DNA of 63,932 bases, counting the filler, from Octopus bimaculoides (lineage: Eukaryota): assembly GCF_001194135.2 (NCBI RefSeq). It is 6 parts of 6 records of this genome, joined end to end, with 100 filler letters (N's around TTAATTAATTAA, not from the genome) between each part and the next. Parts side by side here need not be neighbours in the genome. Positions count along the whole stretch, not along the records: positions 1 to 8,135 come from NC_068986.1; positions 8,236 to 31,773 come from NC_068982.1; 4 more parts are not named here. One strand, 5' to 3'. This document shows, piece after piece, positions 1 to 11,839 of this stretch. Below the pieces are notes generated by a model. It had not been told where the DNA came from. It saw only the letters and a program-made list of their open reading frames with translations, and searched no databases. Made by a program: the position numbers and the translations under genes. The stretch's first letter is position 1; the number at the start of each line of letters is the position of its first letter.

Positions 1-192
1 GAATGCAGTGTATGCCAGAAGGTTTGCAAATCCAACGGAGGCCTCAAGAAACATTCTAAGATCCACAAAGAGCAGAACGTATCTGCAGCTCTTGGTGGTG
101 CAAACCGGAGGTGCAATCTGTGTGGGCGTCTTTTCAGAACATTGTCTGGTTTAAAAAGCCACATCAGACGCCTTGATGGTGCTAAGGTGTAG
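1..192 (+). mobile_element. 3' end of an ORF with two C2H2 zinc fingers, probably the C-terminus of an RTE-clade LINE ORF (truncated by window edge)
   Basis: Frame +1 reads ECSVCQKVCKSNGGLKKHSKIHKEQNVSAALGGANRRCNLCGRLFRTLSGLKSHIRRLDGAKV*. There is no TGEKP linker. A ~45-bp 3' UTR runs straight into a (TA/TG/TATG)n tract, as LINE tails do. A host ZNF terminal exon is not excluded. Confidence 0.55.
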
Positions 193-432
193 GTACACGA
201 GGTGGTCAAACTCTGTATAAGGAGTAGACAACCACCATATGTGTATGTATATGTGTATATATATGTATATATATATGTGTGTGTGTGTGTGTATGTATGT
301 ATGATGCATGTATGTATGTATGTATGTATCTACAATTTCGTTATGTTGTTTTTAAACAAACAAGCATGTGTGTTTTTTGCGTTAAAAGATGCGGTGATGA
401 GTGTCAAATCTGTAAATAATAATAATGATATT

Positions 433-656
433 TATAAGCTTAAAGTTTATAAATGATCACCCTGTATTGACAAAAGAAAATAGTCTAGTATTGGGGCATA
501 TAAACCCTTGAGGGAAAAAAAGTGGGGGGGTCAGCGAATATAAGAGGTGCGGGTTCGTGTCCCATGCGTACTGACACCTAATTTTTCCTTCGAGGGCTTA
601 TTGACTAATTTTCGTTAGTCAATACACGGTGATCGCTTATAAGCTCTGAGCTTATA
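433..656. mobile_element. MITE-like element with ~55-bp imperfect terminal inverted repeats
   Basis: Left arm ATAAGCTTAAAGTTTATAAATGATCACCCTGTATTGACAAAAGAAAATAGTC aligns with the reverse complement of the right arm, ATAAGCTCAGAGCTTATAAGCGATCACCGTGTATTGACTAACGAAAATTAGTC. A partial second copy begins at ~42017. Confidence 0.65.
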
Positions 657-913
657 ATTATTATTATGACCATCCTCAAATATAACAATATGTTTCAACA
701 CACGATTTCACATCAGGAATCTTGCAAAACACATACGCGCGCTCGCCCGCGCGCACACACACACATACATATATGTATATCATATTTGCGTTAATGACGT
801 GATTCCTGGCTAGAAATAACACAAAAAATACATCTGAAACTGGAGCTATTTATAAGATAAATAAATTCATAAATGGATAATAATGAGATAAACGCAATCG
901 GTTAGGTACTCAC

Positions 914-1060
914 TGTCATTTGTTTCAGAAGCTGGCGCACGGACAGGATGTTGCTGAGGTGCTCCTGATGTCGTTGGTGTTTGTCGTTGATGCTGTTGAT
1001 TTGGATGACTTGGAGACATCTGAGGCATCCTGCCGGCAGATGGCCTTTGGTTTGACTGAA
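914..1060 (-). CDS. Candidate internal exon (147 bp) of an unidentified host gene; Q/P/S/T-rich in phase 1
   Basis: On the minus strand, acceptor ...TATATCCACAG| and donor |GTGAGT flank a GC-richer 3n-length island. Phase 1 reads QSNQRPSAGRMPQMSPSHPNQQHQRQTPTTSGAPQQHPVRAPASETND. Phase 0 is also open. Confidence 0.55.
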
Positions 1061-1085
1061 CTGTGGATATATAACACAAAATAAT

Positions 1086-1144
<59 letters not shown>

Positions 1145-1366
1145 NNNNNNNNNNNNNNNNNNNNNNNNNNNNNNNNNNNNNNNNNNNNNNNNNNNNNNNN
1201 NNNNNNNNNNNNNNNNNNNNNNNNNNNNNNNNNNNNNNNNNNNNNNNNNNNNNNNNNNNNNNNNNNNNNNNNNNNNNNNNNNNNNNNNNNNNNNNNNNNN
1301 NNNNNNNNNNNNNNNNNNNNNNNNNNNNNNNNNNNNNNNNNNNNNNNNGTAGTAGTAGTAGTAGTG

Positions 1367-1400
<34 letters not shown>

Positions 1401-1422
1401 TGGTGGTGGTGGTGGTAGTAGT

Positions 1423-1457
<35 letters not shown>

Positions 1458-1459
1458 TG

Positions 1460-1499
<40 letters not shown>

Positions 1500-1507
1500 T
1501 AGTAGTA
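1086..1507. repeat. Compound (GTA)n/(GTG)n/(GCA)n trinucleotide array spanning an N gap
   Basis: Directly visible; gap at 1145-1348. Confidence 0.95.
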
Positions 1508-1785
1508 TTTTTTAATATTAGGCACAAAGGCCCATAGTACTACAAAAATCATACACAAAAGAGGCTTAAAAACGTGCTCTTATGTGTGGGTATTTAAGTG
1601 CCTGTGTCATTGGTATAAAAGCAAATCTGTAAGCTTGAAGCTCTATCTGAATGTTTAAGATTCTTTTTGTCCATATTCTCGTTGATTTCTGCTTTGTTCT
1701 TTTCCATAAATTATTTGTGAGCCCGTTTGATTAGACTGTCGAGACAACTCCTATCGTGAGGTCGGTAATTAACTCTTTCACTTAC

Positions 1786-1819
1786 TACTGAAGCAGCCGT
1801 CGTGCATTGCACATAAATA
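1786..1819 (-). CDS. Candidate 34-bp microexon (YLCAMHDGCFS)
   Basis: Minus-strand TATTTGTAG| acceptor and |GTAAGT donor. Phase 0 to 1 is compatible with the 914-1060 exon. Could be chance. Confidence 0.2.
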
Positions 1820-1852
1820 CTACAAATAGTTATTTGTCAAAAATGTATAAAT

Positions 1853-1988
1853 ATTCTTTTCTACTCTAGACACAAGGCCCGAAATTTTTGGCGAGGAGGC
1901 CCAGTCGATTAGATCGACCCAAGTACGCAAATGGCACGTGAATTATCGACCCCGAAAGGATGAAAGGCAAAGTCGACCTCGGCGAAAT
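1853..1988 (-). mobile_element. SINE family A, 3' part
   Basis: Matches copies at 4730-4947, 20676-21065, 26583-26795 and 61505-61612 (GGGGTCGAT...AAGTACCAG...CAAGGCCCGAAATTT motifs). Confidence 0.85.
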
Positions 1989-2439
1989 ACAAATATGTAA
2001 ATATTACAAAATATATTTGTTCCAGAGATGACTGTATCAGTTTATGCTTTCAATATATACCTCCCTTTTATTATATCAAATTTTCGTTTGTACTCTATGT
2101 TGCTTCGTTCAATGTTATATTTTTGGACCGTTTCTCGCTTCGTTAGAACAGGAAGCTATACTGAGCTCAAACATAAACAAACACGAATTTGGAAATAAAT
2201 ATCTGTACATTCTAAAGTCTCCGATTTGAAAAATTATCTAGAAAAGAAAGAATTTCACCTAATAAAATTTCATAATGATCCAATTCTGTCGGAGCAGTCT
2301 AAAGACAGTTCTGGTCACACCATAACCCAACAAAATCAAGAACAAGAGCAACAAGAAAGTTAGCAGTAGCAACAACAACAACTACTACTACTACAGTAAC
2401 AATAATAACAATAATAAAACAGGAATAACCAGAAGCATA

Positions 2440-3410
2440 TAATGAGGCAGTGTAAATATATGGATTTTATGAAGAAACAATTAATTATATTGTTTCTGGT
2501 TGCCCAGTCTTAGTTAAATGAGAATATATAAACAGGGTGACAAGTTTCAGAGTTTTCATAAAATGGGAATTATACCAGCATAATGAAATAGCGACATATG
2601 ACACATAATAGAAACATGCACCAGAAAATGCCACAGAAAATTAGAAAATTACCATACTCTTAGCTATACCAATTCATAGTGAGATATAAAAAAATCAACC
2701 GGATATTATTGCTGAGGGACATTAGTAAAGAAAGTGTAACCAGCCCATGTGAAAGTAATGTATGTAACCAATACATGTATAAGTAATGTATATCTAGAAA
2801 AAGTGGAAAAATTAGCCAACTATGAATATCTGGAAATGGGGATAGCCAACATGTGAGGACTGAAAAGGGAAAAAAGAATCTCCATAATCAAAAATGCCTT
2901 GGTAATGATTAAAAAGTATATAGACGAATGCTAATATCCAAGGACTTACATACACCACGACGAATAACTTTCATTATTCGTTCCGGTTCTCTCCGCTCTG
3001 AACTTCATTTATGCTGAGTTCAACTTTGCATTTCATGCTTTCGGAGTCGATAAAATACCAGTGCAAGCAGTTAATAGCTGAAATGTTAGAATGTAGGACG
3101 AAATGCTTTGTCGTTCCGGCTTTCATTGTTTTGGCAACGTGTGCAATGACTCTAGCGCCATGTTGTATCAGCCCTTGCTTTTACCTTGAGAACAGCCAAT
3201 GGAGTAGAGATGGGAAAGTTACACGTATGGGAAACTGCAAGTTTTCCTCTTCCTCAAGCACAAAACCTACCCAAACTTATATCTTAATAGGAATTTTCCA
3301 GATAGACTGTGATCTCACAAGATATACGAGTGGACCACACACACACACCGAAAACAAAAACCATAACACTGCTAGATACTGCACATATCTTATATAATAC
3401 TGCATGTACC
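2440..3410 (+). mobile_element. Degenerate R4/Dong-like non-LTR retrotransposon: CCHC knuckle and restriction-like endonuclease region, interrupted at ~2960-3350
   Basis: Broken frames give CK...EETINYIVSGCPVL...EYINR, a PDII-like segment, and TLLDTAHILY (compare LMGTAHILRK at 21212-21424). Many stops. Confidence 0.65.
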
Positions 3411-4729
3411 AATGGCACTTGCAGCTGCCTTAATAATGATCTTTTCATTTATTTTCCGCAAGAGACCAGTTATTCATAGAAAAAGTTTGATAATTACAGG
3501 AGATGTGGAGATATACACATGATTATATAAAAGCGGAAGGTAGATCAAAAACGTAACGCAATAGTTTAAAATTTTAGATTAAACACACATATATGCATAT
3601 ATGTGTAAATTCAAACACACAAAAAAAGAAACAAACAAATAAAAGAAACCCACTCGCGTACGAGTGCATAGTCGCCACTTAGATCAAGACACTTTACAGA
3701 CCCGATCACTTTCTGCTCCTGATACAGGAAACTGGTGGCTATGGAAGGTGTCTATGAGCATCTTAACTGCCGAGTGTGATAGTGCTATCATTGTGATAGC
3801 GTGACTACAGCAGGGTATAAATTTGCAGTAGCAATTTTATTTATTCAACAACCTATTATTCATATATTCCACAACACTGAAGCCCATCTCTTCTTCAATT
3901 AATACATCAAAGCATTCAATAGATTAATAACTTGTGGATATAACGGGTCCAAATAAACATGACGCAAAAGCACGCATCCAATTTGACGAGTAATCCAGCA
4001 ACTTTTTAAAAACTCCGGAGTTCGTAAAAATGACGTCAGTGACTGCTAATTTCAAATAGTAATAATGTTTTGTTTTTGTTTTAAGATTGACATAAGGTTA
4101 CATATCTGGATGTGCAGAGTAGAGACGTTTAAATCGAATCTTATATGAGTGATACTGACTACAGTAAAATGGGTAGTTTCTCTAAAACTACGCATAAGCA
4201 TCAATAAAATGATAATGAAGTGAACCAAAATTAGCAAATGAAAATGTTTAACGATTTTTTGTTTAAATTTGAATTATCTGATTTTAATGTCTAATACATG
4301 ACTGGTCACCACGGGTAAAATCAGAGTAAAAATTGACAAATTCAACTCAACATCAGCACACACTGACACACAAAGACGCGCGCGCGCACACACACAGAAT
4401 GTACTACTCGGTTGAAATTTTGAAGAGGAACTAATAATTCAAATATGATGAACATAAGATATGAAATATACAATTTACAAATATCTGTGTGAAAGGTAAC
4501 TAATGAAAATAAACCCAGTGTTACTTCAGACGTCACATGAATAAATAATAACGCTAAAAGTGAAAGAAAACCGTTTTTACAGCATGACTGTATTGTATAG
4601 CAACCCTCTACACCTATTCCAAACTCATGGAGAGAAAATAATTCTAATACAGAAGTAAGTTGTAGCCAAATTGGCAAACATGTTTAAGAAGAAACATACT
4701 GAAACCAAAAAAGATATTAGACATAGAAT

Positions 4730-4947
4730 GTTCTTTTTTATTCTAGGCACAAGGTCCGAAATTTTGGGGGAAAGGGGCCGGTCGATTACATCGACCCCAG
4801 TACGCAACTGGTACTTAATTTATCGACCCCGAAAGGATGAAAGGCAAAGTCGACCTTGGAGGAATTTGAATTCAGAACGTAAAGACAGACGAAATACCGC
4901 TAAGCATTTCGCCCGGTGTGCTAACGTTTCTGCCAGCTCGCCGCCTT
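4730..4947 (-). mobile_element. SINE family A, near-complete copy with tRNA-like head
   Basis: The minus strand begins GGCGGCGAGCTGGCAGAAACGTTAGCAC and later has TTCTGAATTCAAATTCC (A/B-box-like). Multiple copies in the window. Confidence 0.9.
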
Positions 4948-5099
4948 GACATAAAAATAGAATATTGAAAAGAAAAGTGCCTAATTACGGGGGTGTAAAC
5001 ACAGCAACATCGGTTGTCAAGCGATGGCCGGGGGGGGGGGGACAAACACAGACACAAAGACACATTCACACAACGGAAAAAAATTTGCAACAAAATTTA

Positions 5100-6760
5100 A
5101 AACGTTAAACTTATAAACACCAGGAACGTATAATGCACTGATAGGTCCAGTGGTAGTAAAACAGAAAAACAAAAAACAAAAAAAGATAACAAAATACTAC
5201 AAATAAGTGAGCAGCAAACCAAGAGATTATTGACGAATAATACCTAAATCACTACACCAACTAAAATAGGACATGAATAAATATGAACAAAATCTGGTAG
5301 AAGAAATCTCAAAACTAGAAACTGTGAATCACTGAATTAATGTCGAAGACCTTACCGTGTTCCAATGAAAGACTTCTCCAAAGATAAAACTTAACAATAA
5401 AAGAACGCAAATAATGCCAACTTTGACTTACTGGAAACTGATGCAAACATCAATACCGCGAGAATAAATCGAATAATCTATGAAGCAGTTGTGGTAATCA
5501 CGAAGGAAAGCCTCTAAGCCCAAGCGAATGACAAGAATTAGAAATATTAGAGACAGAGGAAGAGAAAATCGAAGAAACGGCATCTCAATTCTTAATGAAA
5601 TTGACAACGAATTACGAACACAGAAATGTAAAAGAAAATGAAAGAAAAGCCAAATTCTACAGAAGTACATGACAAACAAAACATTGAAATCAAAGAGCTC
5701 TTAAGACAAGAAAGAGATCCATGCTAAATGAGAAAGAACTCGCCATTATGAAAGGTGACAGCACTTTATTGAACAAAACCAGCTCAATTAAAATCCCAAA
5801 CTGCTTTATTAAGATTAAGATAGAAACCAGAACCAATGCAGTAATAACAGTAAGAATGGTGGAGAATTTGACAGGAAGAATATGGACAGCAGTTGGTATT
5901 ATTCTTTTATTTTTTATTCTCTTACTTGTTTCTGTCATATGACTGCGGCCATGCTGGGGTACCGTTTTAAAGAGATTTAGTCGAAGAAATCGACCTCATG
6001 ACTTATTCTTTTGCCGAGCCGCTAGGTTACGGGGATGTAAACACAGCAACATCGGTTGTCAAGCGATAGCGGGGGGGGGACAAACACAGACACAAAGACA
6101 TTCACACAAAAATACATACATAATACATACATACGTACGTACGTACGTACGTACATACATACATACATACATATACGACAGACTTCTTTCAGTTTTCGTA
6201 TACCACTGACAAGGCTTTGGTCAGCCCAGGGCTATAGTAGAAGACACTCGGCCAAGATGTTACGCAGTGGGACTGAACCCGGAATCATGTGGTTGGGAAG
6301 CTAGCTTCTTACTACACAGCTACGCCTGTGCCTATGGTATGGGCGATAATTTTAAAATCAGCAAGTGCACAGCGAGATCAATTGTACACAGGAAGAATTT
6401 ATGAAGTAGCCCAGATACCACAAAATGCAACAACAGGAAACTCTCTCGAAACTGACGAAAACTTTCAAACATCGGGCTAAAATATCTATTCCTGCTAGCA
6501 AAAAAATTTTGTAAAGAGAACAAAAACATTTTAATTCCAAAAATTGATGACACGGCCTAAATTACATACCTATAACATATTTTCCAATATAAGATCATAG
6601 CAGCAGTATTATGGTAAAGAATATATACTCAGCTCAACTAAAGCAACATTGTTTCAGGAAAAAAAAACAAAAAAACGTTAGTTTAAAAGCCTTGGTTAAA
6701 GATTATGAGAAGGATATCTGAGAACAAAGATTGGATTGATTACTAGCACTCTTTTGGCAA
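5100..6760 (+). mobile_element. Highly degenerate R4/Dong-like reverse-transcriptase N-terminal region, split by a SINE B insertion
   Basis: Fragments EIKELLRQ, RTRHYER*QHFIEQNQLN*NPK and LIPK...NYIPITYFP resemble the R4-clade motifs RIRRYEKR...QN.LF and LIPK....NYRPITCLP. Confidence 0.55.
5905..6335 (-). mobile_element. SINE family B, complete bipartite copy (tRNA-like head with CORE-like block, internal microsatellite, tail module)
   Basis: Head GGCGTAGCTGTGTAGTAAGAAGCT...CCGGGTTCAGTCCCACTGCG, then a (TATG)n spacer, then a tail ending CCCCAGCATGGCCGCAGTC. Same architecture at 23285-23650 and 42140-42550. Confidence 0.9.
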
Positions 6761-7834
6761 CGGGGAACGGCTTTTTGCTCATGGATTCTAGAACCACTAG
6801 TATTATAGCACCCATAAAACCAAACTGAAATGTACTACTTGATATACTTTATCAAAAGAAAGGTACGACGCCCATGGTTGGAATGTCATTGACTTAGTTG
6901 AAATAACAACCAAATCATTCAGAACAACCAAATCATTCACCCATCGAACTTTCAGAATTCCAAAAAGCCCAAGGGAAATAGCATATCACAGGAGCGTATC
7001 ATTTTCCAACGCTTCAACATTTTTACAATGACTAAGCCATAAGACTAACTCACACACTGATCTCTCCAAATAACAGCACAATTTCTGGAGGCTACATTCA
7101 GTTTCTACATTCCTCGAATCGACTGAGAGGGACTCTACACTCTCATTTGACGTGATAGAAATACCTGCTAAATCTCTTTCTAATCACGCTTTACCGTTTC
7201 AGAAGACACATTGGATAATGTTTCCTTATTTCTACACTCAGGAAAAGGACAGAGGAGAATAATGCAGAGTTCCTTGCAGTTGAAGTCCAGGATATCCAAT
7301 CGATGAGAATATTTCATGAGTATATTATAAACCATAAAAAGTCAGGAGGTATGGAAGCTGAATATATTTATTTAATCACTTGCTATCCTAGGATAACGGC
7401 ACCTTCGCAGTCTTCTTCATGTAATAGTAATTTCAGTATATAATTGATTATGTTTACAAGTCTGCACTAATATGCATGCTATGCTTTATACAATACAATT
7501 GTATATTCACAAATCAATGCAGATAAAGAAAGGTATCCCATCATGGTTACATCAACGCGTCAACTCTAAGTATACATACAAAATTTTCCCTTTATAAATA
7601 CGATGTATGGAAAATAATGAGGTGTTTCATATCAACAACTAAGGTGCTGGATCTAGGTCCAGGGAATTGACCCCTTTAATGTTAACGAAAAACAGGAAGA
7701 ATAAAGAGGAGTAGTTATATTATTTGCTTGTTTGTCGGTGCGCTAGGAGACGACGTACAGTCGATGTTTTCAGCAGTAGTGTTGCTTTTAATTCGTAATG
7801 GAATTTAATCTTATGTATGCATTGTGGTTCTTAC

Positions 7835-7940
7835 ACTGTTTATATAGTCACAGACAGGCGATTCGGTTTGACCCCGGTTCGATTCAGGTTCATGATGTTG
7901 ATAAGCCACATAAATAACGAAATATCGGAACCCATTGCTC
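7835..7940 (-). CDS. Candidate 106-bp exon (SNGFRYFVIYVAYQHHEPESNRGQTESPVCDYINS)
   Basis: Minus-strand TTTGTCTCTAATCCCATTCAG| acceptor and |GTAAGA donor. One frame is open through to the donor (phase 2 to 0). Confidence 0.3.
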
Positions 7941-8095
7941 CTGAATGGGATTAGAGACAAATTGTTTCACCTGTCTATGACTTTTAGGTGTTTTAACACC
8001 CAATGGTATGAGGGAGTCGTCCCCAAAGCAGTGTACGGCAGCGTACCAGCGAATAAGCCAAACAAATGCATTAAGTATTAGCGGTCGATTAAAAG

Positions 8096-8135
<40 letters not shown>

Positions 8136-8235
8136 NNNNNNNNNNNNNNNNNNNNNNNNNNNNNNNNNNNNNNNNNNNNTTAATTAATTAANNNNNNNNN
8201 NNNNNNNNNNNNNNNNNNNNNNNNNNNNNNNNNNN
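8136..8235. other. Artificial scaffold spacer N44-TTAATTAATTAA-N44
   Basis: Exactly 100 bp with stops in all six frames; identical at five positions. Confidence 0.97.
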
Positions 8236-8276
<41 letters not shown>

Positions 8277-8287
8277 GGTGCAAGTGA

Positions 8288-8339
<52 letters not shown>

Positions 8340-8787
8340 GGTGTAAGTGAATTGTGTGTGTGTGTGTTCGGGGTGAGACTGTTCGAGTCTCGGTTCGCAT
8401 CTTTCGAAGCTCTGGCTATACAGCATTGAGCCATGTCTCAGCTACTTATTGATCGCTAAACAAGACTCTTGTCTATCATAGATGATCGTTTCACAATTCC
8501 ATACTACAGAACGCCCACCATTTCGATCGAGATACATAATCTTGGTTCATGATCTGGTGATTTTGATACTCTAATCTCCACTTTTATACAGATACTCACA
8601 CAGACACTTACACACACTCACACACACACACATATATATATAGGACCACACACTCATAAATATACACACACATACGCATAAACGCATAAACGCATAAACG
8701 AAGATGCAGAGAGACAGACGCTTGCAGTCAATTACATTCATGGATAGAGATACATGTACACACACACATAAACATACACACGTACAA

Positions 8788-8819
<32 letters not shown>

Positions 8820-10501
8820 CACAAACTCACACGCACGCTCACACGCGCATCCACCCACACANNNNNNNNNNNNNNNNNNNNNNNNNNNNNNNNNNNNNNN
8901 NNNNNNNNNNNNNNNNNNNNNNNNNNNNNNNNNNNNNNNNNNNNNNNNNNNNNNNNNNNNNNNNNNNNNNNNNNNNNNNNNNNNNNNNNNNNNNNNNNNN
9001 NNNNNNNNNNNNNNNNNNNNNNNNNNNNNNNNNNNNNNNNNNNNNNNNNNNNNNNNNNNNNNNNNNNNNNNNNNNNNNNNNNNNNNNNNNNNNNNNNNNN
9101 NNNNNNNNNNNNNNNNNNNNNNNNNNNNNNNNNNNNNNNNNNNNNNNNNNNNNNNNNNNNNNNNNNNNNNNNNNNNNNNNTATATTATACACACGCAAAC
9201 GATGGCCGACGTACACACAGGCGACAGTTTGCTATTTGCAAATCAATCACATTCATGGCCATATATATACTTACAGAAGAACACGCTCACACATATACAC
9301 GGAAAAGCACACAGACAAACGCACTGACTCATACGGAAGTACGCGCATGCACATTAGCACACACACACACACGTACACAAATATGCATAAACACACATTT
9401 ACATTGTTTAAACATAAGTTCACATTCTGTGCTTGTTTGCTCAAGATGGAAGTCGCTGCTTATGTAGATTATATGACGTGCAAAGTTTGTTATTCAAAGC
9501 GGCTGTCATCTGCTTTGGTTGCGAAACTTTAGCAATTGCTTAGTTAAACCTGAGCTAAAGTTGAACGGTAAACTGAAATTGTAGCTAATATCATTGTAAT
9601 ACAGACGTCCTACTTAGAAAAGAATAAAAGAAACTGGAATAGTTAAAGAAAGAATGATAGAAAAAATATAAATGAAATTAATAAAATAGGAAAAGAATCA
9701 GCGATTACAAATGAAGAATGACAGCGGTTTAGAAATAAAGAAAGAGTAAATGAAAAAAATTAGATAGTAAGGATGCTATTGAAGATGTAGAAAATAGAAT
9801 TTAAAAAATAGTGCCTGGAAGAGAGTGAACGACAAAACAAAATGAAGGTAAAGAATGGAAAAAAAAAACGGAAGAAAGAAAGAAAGAGATTGAGTTGCGT
9901 GAAACAAACGCAAATAAAGAATTGTGTGAACCAAGCAAAGATGTAAAATAACAATAATAATAATAGAATAAAGTAATAATGGAATGTAAGTTAATGAGAA
10001 CAGTCAAATGAAAGAATAGTTTCGATTGATAACAGATAAAGAAATAAAAAATTTATTGAATGGAAATGCTAGAAAATATCCCAGGTCGAATAGTTAATGT
10101 GGTTTGGATGAAGATCAATCAAAAATAGTAAAATGGTGAGCAGCAGATGCGGTGCTACGGTGGCGGAGGAAAGATTAGGTAAGAAAATCTAACGAACCGT
10201 CTGTGCTGGAAGTGGTGGTGGTGGTGGTGGTGGCGGCGGCGGTGGTGGTGGTAATGGTGGTGATGGTTGCGGTAATGATGGTGGTGATGGCGATAATGGT
10301 GATGGAGGAAAGGACGAGTCAGAGTAAGACCTTTGCTTCACAATGACCACATCCGATCTGTTGCGGTGTTTGTTAGAATGTGCGGTTGCTGCGGGATTGT
10401 AGGCTTTGCCGTGATTCTAGCAGGGTATAGAACGTTATGATCGATCTATCCATCTCTCTGTCTCTCTGTATGTGTGTGTATGTGTGTGTGTATATGTGTC
10501 A

Positions 10502-10534
<33 letters not shown>

Positions 10535-11247
10535 GATGTCTATCTGTCTATTTATCTGCCATCTATCAATTAGTTCTATCTATCTATCTATCTATCTGCA
10601 TACCTATATATATANNNNNNNNNNNNNNNNNNNNNNNNNNNNNNNNNNNNNNNNNNNNNNNNNNNNNNNNNNNNNNNNNNNNNNNNNNNNNNNNNNNNNN
10701 NNNNNNNNNNNNNNNNNNNNNNNNNNNNNNNNNNNNNNNNNNNNNNNNNNNNNNNNNNNNNNNNNNNNNNNNNNNNNNNNNNNNNNNNNNNNNNNNNNNN
10801 NNNNNNNNNNNNNNNNNNNNNNNNNNNNNNNNNNNNNNNNNNNNNNNNNNNNNNNNNNNNNNNNNNNNNNNNNNNNNNNNNNNNNNNNNNNNNNNNNNNN
10901 NNNNNNNNNNNNNNNNNNNNNNNNNNNNNNNNNNNNNNNNNNNNNNNNNNNNNNNNNNNNNNNNNNNNNNNNNNNNNNNNNNNNNNNNNNNNNNNNNNNN
11001 NNNNNNNNNNNNNNNNNNNNNNNNNNNNNNNNNNNNNNNNNNNNNNNNNNNNNNNNNNNNNNNNNNNNNNNNNNNNNNNNNNNNNNNNNNNNNNNNNNNN
11101 NNNNNNNNNNNNNNNNNNNNNNNNNNNNNNNNNNNNNNNNNNNNNNNNNNNNNNNNNNNNNNNNNNNNNNNNNNNNNNNNNNNNNNNNNNNNNNNNNNNN
11201 NNNNNNNNNNNNNNNNNNNNNNNNNNNNNNNNNNNNNNNNNNNNNNN

Positions 11248-11303
<56 letters not shown>

Positions 11304-11374
11304 TGATAAAAAGAACGAAAGAGATAGGACTAGTAAAACAGCAAATTTACTTACAGCCACATTATATTGAAAAC

Positions 11375-11400
11375 AGATGGCGGTTTGTAGGTCACGTGAC
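11375..11400. promoter_or_regulatory. Candidate promoter motifs: YY1-like AGATGGCGG and palindromic E-box GTCACGTGAC
   Basis: Both motifs lie within 26 bp, ~400 bp upstream of a candidate ATG exon. Motif match only. Confidence 0.3.
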
Positions 11401-11790
11401 TGGGTCTCCTGTCTAATAAAATCTGACATTTTGAAATTAATGTATATTCCAATGGAAACTGTTGCGAATCTTTATAAATTACAATCATTCAATTTCTTTT
11501 GAGGAAGAAAGAAATAAAAGGAAGAAAAATGAATAAGACTAATGCAAAGAAAGAGAAAAAATCAGAACAGACGAAAACCAAATGAACGAAGAACACGCTT
11601 CTACACACATGCACCCACTAAAGGATATTAAACCCAGAAGACAGAGAAATAGAAAAAAAGATTCAACGACAAATACGAATACATAAGAAAGGAAATAAAA
11701 TCAATAAGTTAATAAATCAATCAGTTAGAAAAATATGCGTTTGGGCGAAGGTCAAATTTGATAAATATTGGTACAAAATATTATTATTAG

Positions 11791-11839
11791 ATTACGTTAG
11801 TTTCAAGGAAAATGGCTGGCTTGTTAACAACTGTGACAA
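11791..11839 (+). CDS. Candidate exon (ITLVSRKMAGLLTTVT, or DYVSFKENGWLVNNCD in the other open frame)
   Basis: TTATTAG| acceptor and |GTAAGT donor; AAAATGG start context at 11812. Confidence 0.35.

Noticed and set aside
1-192. Member of the octopus C2H2 zinc-finger gene expansion
   Set aside because: Only two fingers, the second incomplete, no TGEKP linker, and a short UTR ending in a simple-repeat tail fit a LINE end better. Not fully excluded, because the window edge cuts it.
902-1558. Long ORFs in the track (poly-T/Y/L, YIYI, VCVC, HTHT, poly-X), here and throughout
   Set aside because: They are translations of microsatellites and N gaps that happen to lack stops.
4342-5938. Minus-strand ORFs 4342-4677, 5428-5679 and 5690-5938 as membrane proteins
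   Set aside because: 5428-5679 and 5690-5938 are hydrophobic antisense readings of the A-rich decayed R4-like remnant. 4342-4677 lies just upstream in similar A-rich sequence and has no convincing splice sites.
8180-8191. TTAATTAATTAA as a recurrent biological motif (homeodomain or PacI-like site)
   Set aside because: It is always centred in exactly 44+44 Ns, so it is a synthetic linker.
8236-8370. (TG)n interrupted twice by AAAGGGTG(C/T)AAGTGAAT
   Set aside because: A simple higher-order duplication of a microsatellite at a scaffold edge, with no evidence of function.
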